Source: Phycisphaerae bacterium
GTDB lineage: Bacteria; Planctomycetota; Phycisphaerae; UBA1845
DNA length: 64,000 nt
Direction of reading: 5' to 3'
Assembly (NCBI GenBank): GCA_963666835.2
Contig: CAXXGO010000001.1
Span: 1,984,001-2,048,000, forward strand
Shown here: piece by piece, positions 19,138 to 27,618 of the stretch
How positions within the stretch are numbered: the stretch's first letter is position 1
Layout of the letters: the number at the start of each line of letters is the position of its first letter
Notes under the pieces: generated by a model
Told to the model about the DNA's origin: nothing
What the model saw: the letters and a program-made list of their open reading frames with translations, nothing else
The model's database searches: none
Position numbers and translations under genes: made by a program

Positions 19138-21015
19138 TTACGTCGCGCTACGTCCCCGGCGGTAGCGCGGGACGACTATGCCCCCGGCGACCATCAGCAA
19201 CAGGGTCATTAGGCAGATCCCCCAGCCCGAGAGCGCCGGGATGGCCTTGGCGCAGCGCGGGATGACCGGGGGGGCAGTCGTCCCGGTCCATGCGTCGGTA
19301 AATCGGTTCCAATCCTCGCAATCCACGTCGCCGTCGACATCGAGATCAACGGGGACGCACGTGCTGGAGAGTTCCGGGTCGGCTTCGTTCAGGCAGTCCT
19401 CGAACGTGGCGAAGTCCTGGGCATCAACATTACCATCATCGTTGAAATCGGCGGCCACAGCGCGTATTCCATGCACGATAGCGCAAGCCGCGGCATCGTC
19501 GCAAAGCGTGTAATCAAGGGCGTCGATGTTGTCGTTCGGGTGTCCAAGTCCGAGGACGGAGGCCGGGGCGTGGACGGCGGGGGCGCGGCCGGGTCGGGCG
19601 ACGAAGACGTCCGCGGCAGCGCCTACGGCACTGGCGCCGGGGATAGTAGCCAGAGAAGGAGAGCCCGGGGCTAGCGAGAACAGGACTTCATCCATTCCGT
19701 TGAAGAGGCCGTCGCTTTCAGCATCAAACACGATCAGCGCGTCAATGTCGTCTTCCCGCCTGAGGCCCAGGTCGAGAAACGATGCGTAGACCGAAGATGG
19801 GCGGGGGCTGTCGTATCCGCACTCGGTTATGAGACAGTCTACGAATTGCCCATGGGCTTCGTTCACGCAGTCGTCCGGCTCACGGCCTTGGTCAAGGCAG
19901 TTGTTCAGCGCTTGTTCCGCGTCGCGGTCACATTGTGTATCACAGAAAGGGTCCAGAACGTTCGGGCACTCGTTTGCCAAGCAGTCTGTCGCTATCTGCT
20001 CGGCAAAGGCGGCACAGTTGCCCGGCGGGCCGCCTACGTCGAGACACCCGAAGTACGCTTCTTCTCGTGCCCACCAACAGACTTCTTCGCACGGGATCTG
20101 AGGCGGAGGTTGATTGCACTCGGTCTCGAAACAACTCCACAATGTTTGAGACTCCACGAGCTCGCAGTCGGCGGGGTGACCGCCGCCTGCGAGGCAGTCC
20201 ATCAAGGCGTCTTGGGCCGAGTTGTAGCAGAGCATTCGACACACCGGATCAGGACCGGGTTGCGGATGTCCCCCGCCTCGAGGGTAACGCTGGGCCTCAG
20301 AAGAACGCGTGAATATGGTGGATCCGCTCGGCCCTTCTGACCCGCAAAGGAGGTAGAGCGACGGTGATTCGGCACCGGCGGAGAAGTAGACGCTTTCCGA
20401 TGCGGATACCACTGCGGCTGTTGCGTCAACTTGGTCCTGCGCTTGATCCTCCACGAAATCCCGGGCGCTGGTCGGGGGCTCGGCGGCGAAATCGGTACCG
20501 CCTTCGTCGAAATTGTTGCGGACGAGCACGTTGTTGTTCGTCAGGACCACGGTGTCGCCATCAGCCGAACGTATGCGCCCTCCTGCTCGAACAAACAGAG
20601 CGGTCGACATGAACTGATCCCCGGCGGCCTGCCCGCGGTTGGCCTGATCCGTAGCGTTATACGGTACGTCGGCGGCAAGGAGGTCCGGGTCCGGGGCGGC
20701 GACGCCGACGGTGGCGGTGTCGACCGAGAACAGTAGAGCGTACGACGTTCCTGCGGCGACCTCGGATCCGGAGGCCGACTGAGCGTCGAGTTCATCGGGA
20801 GACAACCCGAGCCCGAACATCCAGCCCGGCATCATTGTCTCGAGGTCCGGTAGATCGAGCATCAGGATCCCGTCCGGCGTAATCCCCCCGTCGATTACGG
20901 TTGGAGAACGGAAGTCGAACGAAAACGTAGGGGCCGGCAGAGCTTCCAACGGCGGAGCGGCCGACACGGCTGCGGTTGTGCCCAGCAGTATTGCTGCACT
21001 GCTCCAGGCCTTCAT
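19138..21015 (-). CDS. IPTL-CTERM surface protein with three six-Cys repeats and a dockerin-like module
   Basis: Signal peptide from MKAWSSAAILLG (ATG 21015; 21057 is an alternative); LGL..D.IDAL repeats; DFNDDGNVDAQDF...DLDVDGDVDCED; tail IPALSGWGICLMTLLLMVAGG + RYRR. Confidence 0.85.
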   Translation of the reverse strand: MKAWSSAAILLGTTAAVSAAPPLEALPAPTFSFDFRSPTVIDGGITPDGILMLDLPDLETMMPGWMFGLGLSPDELDAQSASGSEVAAGTSYALLFSVDTATVGVAAPDPDLLAADVPYNATDQANRGQAAGDQFMSTALFVRAGGRIRSADGDTVVLTNNNVLVRNNFDEGGTDFAAEPPTSARDFVEDQAQDQVDATAAVVSASESVYFSAGAESPSLYLLCGSEGPSGSTIFTRSSEAQRYPRGGGHPQPGPDPVCRMLCYNSAQDALMDCLAGGGHPADCELVESQTLWSCFETECNQPPPQIPCEEVCWWAREEAYFGCLDVGGPPGNCAAFAEQIATDCLANECPNVLDPFCDTQCDRDAEQALNNCLDQGREPDDCVNEAHGQFVDCLITECGYDSPRPSSVYASFLDLGLRREDDIDALIVFDAESDGLFNGMDEVLFSLAPGSPSLATIPGASAVGAAADVFVARPGRAPAVHAPASVLGLGHPNDNIDALDYTLCDDAAACAIVHGIRAVAADFNDDGNVDAQDFATFEDCLNEADPELSSTCVPVDLDVDGDVDCEDWNRFTDAWTGTTAPPVIPRCAKAIPALSGWGICLMTLLLMVAGGIVVPRYRRGRSAT

Positions 21016-21097
21016 CCCTCGTCGATGAACTTGGTAGTTTGAGCAACTTGACTTCATCGCATGTTTCCCATCGCGCCGCCGACCAATCCGCGAGCGG

Positions 21098-23935
21098 TCA
21101 GCGGGCTTCGCATTCTTCGTGCCCCTCCGGTTCATAATCGCCCGACGTTGTCGGAACCCAGCGCGGCCAATCCGGGAGACCTCGCATTCTCTCCCGGATC
21201 ACCTTCGCGTGGTAAGTATAACCCAGTTCGCCGTCATAGCATTCTTGGGCCTTCGTTAAGAGGTCGAGGGCCGTCGTGCGGTCACCGGATGCCAGAGCCT
21301 CTACTGCTGTGTGAAACAAGGCCTCCGCGCGGTATCCGCGCGGCGATTCCGCACTTTCGTTGACGGCCACCGCATCCGCGAGCTCTATCTCTCCGTGAGA
21401 GAGGGCGCACAGCGCGCGCAACCACTGCTGATCGTTCGACTCGGCGGTGATTGCGTCACAATCCCAGCCGGCCAGCAACCGATCCGCCTCTTCACCATGT
21501 CCGAGGAGTCGTAAGCAGCTTGCCGACCAGAGGATAGCGCGGCCGTCCTTGTCATCAGCGTCGGTTAGACCCCGGGCGGCCTCCAGTGACGCAGATATGT
21601 CATCACGTGCCGCATGAACGAAGGCCGGGTAGACATACCTGTAGAACCGCGGTTCGGGGCTCCACGTCAGACAGGCTTCGAGATCCCACAAGGCATCATC
21701 GTATCGGCCCATCCAAAAGAACAGGCGCCAGCGATAGTGATGCCCCTCCCATCGTCTTAGCGGGGTGGATGCCAGGCTGATGGCCCGGGTCCGCGCCTCT
21801 GCGGCTTCTTTCCACCATCCCATGCTCTCCAGGCATTCGGCCTCGGCCGTGACCGGTCGGTCATCTGCCGGGTCGTACTCCTGTCCGCTTCTGGCGAAAC
21901 TGAGAGCCTCCTCGAAGTGCATGTCGGCATCACACATGGAGGTTCCTTGCGCCAAACAGGTTTCCGCCATCAGGCGATGCGCGATTGAAAGCAGGTAATA
22001 GGGATACGCGTCGTAATGTCCATGTTCGATCAGTTGCAGCAAGCTCGCCTCGGCTTCCACAAACGACTCGGCATCTCGCGATGCGTACAGTTGCTGGTTA
22101 TGTGCCCGGGCAAGATGCAGCACAGCCTGCGGGTAGAAATCACGCTGGCGGCTTCGCCAAGCGTTGGCTTCCTCGTACGATTCAATTGCTACATCCGGAT
22201 CGCTGAAGTGCGCGGCCAATCCGCGAAAGAACCAGCCGTCCGCGCCGGTCGGACCGCCCAGTGCTTCCGCGTCTGCAAACGCCCGCAGGGACTCGGCAGC
22301 GGCTCCGGACCGCCATCTCTCCCACGCTCGAAGGTATAACGCTCGCGTGTCGGAAGGATTCCGTTCCAGCAGTTGATCGATATAGGTTCTCGCCGCGGCC
22401 TGATCCTGTGCCCCAAGACTGGCCAGGGCTCGCGCAAGCGCGAGTTGCTGCGGATCGGCTCCCAGATTCTCGGCTTCCCTCAGCGAATCTTCGAGCAGCT
22501 CGGGATGGCGATAGTCGAGGTATGCTAACTTGGAGTACGCCGCCTGGAGGATGCCGGCGGCTTTTCCTCGCCGGGCGGCACGTTCGCTTCGCACCATTCC
22601 CGCCGCCAACGCGACAAGTCCGATCAAGCCAACCAAAGCAACCGTAGCCGCGCGGTGGCGTCGGGCCCACTTCGTCGCGATTTCCAAAGGGCCTACACGG
22701 CGGCTCAGAATCGGCCGGCCTTCCGCAAACCTGTGAAGGTCTTCAGCCATTTCCGCGGTGGTTGCGAACCTCCGGGCGGGGGCTTTCTCCATAGCCCGCA
22801 GGCAGATAGTCTCCAGATCCTGCGGGATCCGCGGATCGTAATCGCGAGGCCGTCTGGCATCTTCCGTACAGATACGCAGGAGAATCTGATCGCGGCTCTT
22901 GCCCCCAAACGGGCGGTTGTGCGTGAGTAATTCGTAGAGAGTCGCGCCCAGCGAGTACACGTCGGTGCGATGGTCAACCTTGCAGGCGTCACCGCGAACC
23001 TGTTCCGGAGAGAGATACACGGCCGTGCCGATTACCTCGCCGGCCATTGTCTCGTGAGGCTCGCCCTCCAGATGCGCAAGCCCAAAGTCGGTTATGTGCA
23101 ACCGCCCATCGGATCCGAGAAGTAGGTTGTTCGGCTTCACATCTCGGTGGATCACCCCGCGGTCAAAGGCATGGGCCAATCCCTCGGCAGCGCCTGCCAC
23201 CAAGAGGGCCAGATGGCGGAAGTCTGCAAGAGTTCGATTCGGAAGGGGCGCTTCGGGTTCTTCCGGTGAATTAGTCGCGCTATAATCGGCATCGTTGCTG
23301 TCTGCGGCCGACGAGGTTAGGGGCAGGTTGCCGGCGTCCGTCTCGAAACTGCCTCGCGAAGACGCAGAGCTGAGCAACTCCGGGCGGCGGTGGATCGCAA
23401 GATCGAGACTAATGCCCTCGATCAACTCCATGGCATAGAACCGATGCCCGTCACAATGCCCTTCGGCGAAGATCGGCACAACATTCGGGTGGTTGAGTCG
23501 GGCGACGGCTTGGGCTTCGGTCTGAAATCTCCGGGCTGTGGACTGGCGACGGTGTGCGGATGCCGGCAACACTTTCAGCGCGACCGTGCGATTAAGCGCA
23601 GTTTGGCGGGCACGATATACAATCCCCATGCCCCCTCTGCCGATTTCGCCGAGGATTTCGAAGTCACCGAGACGCGTTCCGACGGCGGGCGGGGCCACGG
23701 CGGTGCCGACAGTTTCCGCGGACGCGGGCGATGCGGGACCATCGATCCGGAGGGAACACGACTCAAACGCCTCTCGCACGTCGTTTATGAGCTGCTCGTC
23801 TTCCGCCGGGACGTCACCAAGACGCCCACCGCCGATATCCGTTAGGGCGGCCCCACATACCGGACAGTTGGCGAACCCCTCTTTCAGAGGTGCCGTTGTC
23901 CTGAAAGTACACCCTGAACAGACAAGTTGAACCAC
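21098..23935 (-). CDS. Hanks-type Ser/Thr protein kinase with N-terminal Zn ribbon, TM helix and TPR-like C-terminus
   Basis: GRGGMGIVY, VALK, HRDVKPNN, DFG, GTAVYLSPE; CSGC...CPVC; hydrophobic segment followed by helical repeats. Confidence 0.95.
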   Translation of the reverse strand: MVQLVCSGCTFRTTAPLKEGFANCPVCGAALTDIGGGRLGDVPAEDEQLINDVREAFESCSLRIDGPASPASAETVGTAVAPPAVGTRLGDFEILGEIGRGGMGIVYRARQTALNRTVALKVLPASAHRRQSTARRFQTEAQAVARLNHPNVVPIFAEGHCDGHRFYAMELIEGISLDLAIHRRPELLSSASSRGSFETDAGNLPLTSSAADSNDADYSATNSPEEPEAPLPNRTLADFRHLALLVAGAAEGLAHAFDRGVIHRDVKPNNLLLGSDGRLHITDFGLAHLEGEPHETMAGEVIGTAVYLSPEQVRGDACKVDHRTDVYSLGATLYELLTHNRPFGGKSRDQILLRICTEDARRPRDYDPRIPQDLETICLRAMEKAPARRFATTAEMAEDLHRFAEGRPILSRRVGPLEIATKWARRHRAATVALVGLIGLVALAAGMVRSERAARRGKAAGILQAAYSKLAYLDYRHPELLEDSLREAENLGADPQQLALARALASLGAQDQAAARTYIDQLLERNPSDTRALYLRAWERWRSGAAAESLRAFADAEALGGPTGADGWFFRGLAAHFSDPDVAIESYEEANAWRSRQRDFYPQAVLHLARAHNQQLYASRDAESFVEAEASLLQLIEHGHYDAYPYYLLSIAHRLMAETCLAQGTSMCDADMHFEEALSFARSGQEYDPADDRPVTAEAECLESMGWWKEAAEARTRAISLASTPLRRWEGHHYRWRLFFWMGRYDDALWDLEACLTWSPEPRFYRYVYPAFVHAARDDISASLEAARGLTDADDKDGRAILWSASCLRLLGHGEEADRLLAGWDCDAITAESNDQQWLRALCALSHGEIELADAVAVNESAESPRGYRAEALFHTAVEALASGDRTTALDLLTKAQECYDGELGYTYHAKVIRERMRGLPDWPRWVPTTSGDYEPEGHEECEAR

Positions 23936-24077
23936 GGTAGTCTCCGCTATTCGTCAGCCGATACCAGCCCCATAGTCCACAAGGCGCTTGTGGCAGAGAT
24001 CTGACACGCTTGTCGGGCGTCTTCTTGCCGGTTCACCGGATTGTCCGACATCTTCATTCCAGTCCTCGCTTCTCGCC

Positions 24078-24671
24078 CTACAGTTCAGCCTCCGAATCCA
24101 ATGACTCCACACATTCTCGAAGTCGGCGCACGATGCGGGACTTGGCCTGATAAACACTATCCCGGCTAATGCCGAGTTGTTTGGCAGTATCTGCCGCAGC
24201 GCAGTTGGCCAGGACGTGCATCCTGAAGGCCTCCATCGTTGCAGGCTCAAACTCCCCGGCGATCAACCGCAAGGCTCGCCGGATTCGATCCAGGTACTGC
24301 TCGCGCTCCCATTCTGCGTCCGAGGGCGCAGTGTTGTTGGCGAGGTTCTCGAGCGTTTGGGGATCTAGTGGGGCTTCACGCCGGCGATCTTGGCCCACTC
24401 CGCGTCCCACCGCGTGGATTACCGCAGCCCGAAGGTATGCTCGGAAGCACCCCTTACGATCGCGGTGGCGGAACCCTGCCATCGCTTTGAAGACGGCCAG
24501 TTCGACTTCCTGGACGATGTCCTCCGCCCGCTCGTGTGATGCCCCGAGACGTCGAGCGTAACTGAACAGGAGCTCTCCATACCGTTGGTGAAACTCCGTC
24601 CACTGGTGTGTGCTTCCCGGTCGTCGCAACCGTGATAGAAACGATAAGCGTGTAGTGCCCGCTCGGCTCAT
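24078..24671 (-). CDS. ECF-family RNA polymerase sigma factor
   Basis: TTRLSFLSRL, WTEFHQRY, AEDIVQEV, FRAYL, region-4 TAKQLGISRDSVYQAKSR; typical of planctomycete kinase-linked ECFs. Confidence 0.92.
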   Translation of the reverse strand: MSRAGTTRLSFLSRLRRPGSTHQWTEFHQRYGELLFSYARRLGASHERAEDIVQEVELAVFKAMAGFRHRDRKGCFRAYLRAAVIHAVGRGVGQDRRREAPLDPQTLENLANNTAPSDAEWEREQYLDRIRRALRLIAGEFEPATMEAFRMHVLANCAAADTAKQLGISRDSVYQAKSRIVRRLRECVESLDSEAEL

Positions 24672-25546
24672 CTTCCAGCGCCCGCTCAATAAGGGGAGAA
24701 AATTCGCGTGGCCTGGTTAATAATGAGAGACCGCTCGAGCACCCCCATCGGATCACTCTATCAACCCAAGATTATACTCCGTTGACCGCTCCCGTTACAG
24801 AAGTTCTTCGTTTTCCTGTCAGATTCCCGCCCGAGGGCCCTTTCAAGGGGCAGGTGTGGCCGGGGCCTCGGCTAATTCAACGGGGCTCTAGTCTCCGAAC
24901 CCGGCAGCGGAGCTCTCAGACCACTGGGATCGCTCGGCTGGCGACGTGGATGGCTGTCTTCCTCGCAGGTTGGGCCGCGCCGAGCCTCCGCACTGGGTTG
25001 AGGTGCGTTTGTAGTGCCCCGATCGCCTTGGTCCAGTGCGGGGTGCTTATGGATACCGGTTATAGGGCCGGTGGGTCTTGTTCTAGACCGGGCGAAGTGC
25101 GGAACCGCTTTGCTTCGGACTTCGTAGCTGCCAGCCGCGCGTAGGCGGCAGGACGGGTTGGCGGATCGGGTTAGCCAGGAAGATCGCCAGAATATGGGAC
25201 GTCGGTGCGGCTGTGGTATCCGGGGGCAGTGGCATCGAGGTTTAGTATTCGGGTGGCGGCGGGCGAAGACAGGAGGGCGCACGGCGTTTCATAGCTCCGG
25301 CTCCGGGGAGGGCTCCGGGAGGTATCTCCGGGCTTGCCCGTATTGTGGGGAGAGGATCGATTGGAGACGGGCCGACCGAAATGGGGTGTTGTCCTTGGGG
25401 ATTCTGTTTACGTTCCGCGCCCGGGGAGGTGGGGGTTAGGCTTCGCCTCCCCGGGTCGATCTCCGGGAGCATCCAGCCGGGCGGTTGATCGATTGGCGGG
25501 GGATTCGTTCCATCCGCCTTGATCTAGCTCATGTGCCGGGCGCCTG

Positions 25547-26692
25547 TTACGAAGCGGCGCCGGCCGATTCCGTTTCATCGATCCAGGCCCCGCCTATCAG
25601 CAGATCATCATCGTAAAACACCACAGCCTGGCCGGGAGTGACGGCGCGCTGCGGTTCATCAAATACGACACGGACGTTTCCGTCGGGCCTCGGGTAGACG
25701 ACGGCTGGCGAGGCCTTGTGTAAGTAGCGGATCTTCACGGCGGCGCGAAACGGGGCATCCGCGGAGTCGATGAAGTACTTCGCCTGGGAAGCCGTCAAGG
25801 CGGAGCAGAGGAGGGCGTCGGCCTCGCCGATCGTAACCGTGTGGGTGGTGGCATCGAGGCGGGTGACGTAGATCGGATTAGGCCGTGAGATCCCCAGGCC
25901 GCGACGCTGGCCGATGGTGTACCGGCAGATACCCGTGTGTCGACCGACAACTTGGCCGGTTCGGTCGATTACGTCGCCGGGCACAAAGGCCTCCGGGCGT
26001 CGCTCACGCACTAGTCTGACGTAATCGCAATCAGGTACGAAGCAGATCTCCATCGACTCGGGTTTGTCGTGGACTGGTAGATCGAGGCGCCCGGCCCGCT
26101 CACGCACCTGGTCCTTCGTCAGTTCACCGACGGGGAACTTGACTCGCGGAAGCACTGCGGGATCCAGCCCGAACAGCACGTAGGACTGATCCTTGGCCGG
26201 GTCGCGTCCGCGCATTAGCAAGCGTCTTCCGTCGCGCTGTCCGATGCGGGCGTAGTGCCCGGTGGCGATGTACGCGGCGCCGATGCTATCGGCGTAGGCC
26301 GCGATCTTGCCGAACTTCATGCGCATGTTGCAGATAATACACGGATTGGGCGTGCGACCACGGGCGTACTCGTCGACGAAGTACCCGATGAGCTCTTCGA
26401 AGTCGTCGCGGAAGTCGAGCACGTCGAACGGGATGCCGAGCAATCCGGCCACGCGGCGGGCATCGTCCGCGTCGTTTGGGCTGCTGCATCCTTGATGATG
26501 AGGTTTGCTTTCGCAATCGGTGCCGGCCGGTTCGGGTAGGGCGGCGCCAACGCGCATGAACAAACCTGCCACGTCGTAACCCTGCTCGAGCAACAGTGTC
26601 GCGGCCACGCTGGAATCCACGCCGCCGCTCATTGCAACGACGACCTTCTCGCGTTCCGCGCCGCACCCGGTTTCATTCTGCCTTCCGTGCAT
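25547..26692 (-). CDS. mnmA: tRNA 2-thiouridylase MnmA
   Basis: AMSGGVDSS, TPNPCIICN, ATGHYA, KDQSY, ICFV, YTIGQRRGLG, PGQAVVFY. Confidence 0.97.
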   Translation of the reverse strand: MHGRQNETGCGAEREKVVVAMSGGVDSSVAATLLLEQGYDVAGLFMRVGAALPEPAGTDCESKPHHQGCSSPNDADDARRVAGLLGIPFDVLDFRDDFEELIGYFVDEYARGRTPNPCIICNMRMKFGKIAAYADSIGAAYIATGHYARIGQRDGRRLLMRGRDPAKDQSYVLFGLDPAVLPRVKFPVGELTKDQVRERAGRLDLPVHDKPESMEICFVPDCDYVRLVRERRPEAFVPGDVIDRTGQVVGRHTGICRYTIGQRRGLGISRPNPIYVTRLDATTHTVTIGEADALLCSALTASQAKYFIDSADAPFRAAVKIRYLHKASPAVVYPRPDGNVRVVFDEPQRAVTPGQAVVFYDDDLLIGGAWIDETESAGAAS

Positions 26693-26881
26693 CGCGTGGA
26701 TTGTAGCTTGGCGCCGGCGGGGTCACAAAGCAGTGCGGTGGCGTCAACCCGGCGGAACGCACCGTGCCGTAGGGCATAATCGAGGTGTGAGACCTGCCGA
26801 AACGTGCCTGCTGGTGCCGGCGGACGGAGCACCGTTGGCGGCCGGTGGCATTCCGAACTGGTCCTCGGTTATGATGAGATC

Positions 26882-27433
26882 ATGTTTCGCCGGGCTATAA
26901 TCGCGGCCCTGACCGCCGGGGCGATCTCGCTGGCCGTCTTGGGGTGGGTTGGGTTCTGGGTCCCGATCTACGGTGATTGTCGGATCACGGATCGCTTGTG
27001 GTGCTACTTCTACACCGGCGAGGGTCTGATGCGGTTCTATTGCCTGCACGGCTACGGCGGCATCTACCTCGATTCGCCCAACGGGTTCGTACGCATGGAG
27101 GTCTGGCGGGCTGACGGGCGCGCCCTGCGGCATGTCTACAGCCACGCCTCGCCGAACGCGATAGCGCCGTACGCGGTGCTGTCACCAAGATGGCAGCCTG
27201 CCCGTCGCGGGCGTCGGCCGCTGGTTCGTCTGTATGGAGTCCGCACTTGGATGTGGGTGCCGATTGCGATTCTCGCGGTCTATCCGATCTCAACTTTTTC
27301 GCGCGAGCGGATCCGTCAGCGGGTGCGGTTGGTTCGCAGCCGTCGCGGCCAATGCCTTGACTGCGGCTACAACCTGACCGGCTTACCCGAGCCGCGTTGT
27401 CCGGAGTGTGGGTCGGCGATCAGGCCGGAGTAG
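26882..27433 (+). CDS. Membrane protein with C-terminal zinc finger
   Basis: Two hydrophobic segments; CLDCGYNLTGLPEPRCPECG tail. Confidence 0.8.
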   Translation: MFRRAIIAALTAGAISLAVLGWVGFWVPIYGDCRITDRLWCYFYTGEGLMRFYCLHGYGGIYLDSPNGFVRMEVWRADGRALRHVYSHASPNAIAPYAVLSPRWQPARRGRRPLVRLYGVRTWMWVPIAILAVYPISTFSRERIRQRVRLVRSRRGQCLDCGYNLTGLPEPRCPECGSAIRPE

Positions 27434-27549
27434 CGTACGGTCCGGACTCCGTAGCGAGAGCTGCGACTGCCGATGTGCCGTCAACAACGGAACGGATAGT
27501 CGCCCGCTCGCTCGATCAGCCGCACGGATTAACCGATCGGACCCGTCAA

Positions 27550-27585
27550 TAAGAAACGGGGCCGAGCCCGCAGGCCCGACCCCGG
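27550..27585 (-). terminator. Intrinsic terminator of the minus-strand transporter gene
   Basis: Minus strand CGGGGTCGGGCC-TGCG-GGCTCGGCCCCG followed by TTTCTTATT. Confidence 0.6.
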
Positions 27586-27618
27586 TTGTTTCAGAGTTTC
27601 TCTGTCTCCGTCAGGCGC

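Noticed and set aside
25158..25439. ORF containing CPYCGERIDW
   Set aside because: Only a half zinc-ribbon with poor coding character; possibly a remnant but not supportable.
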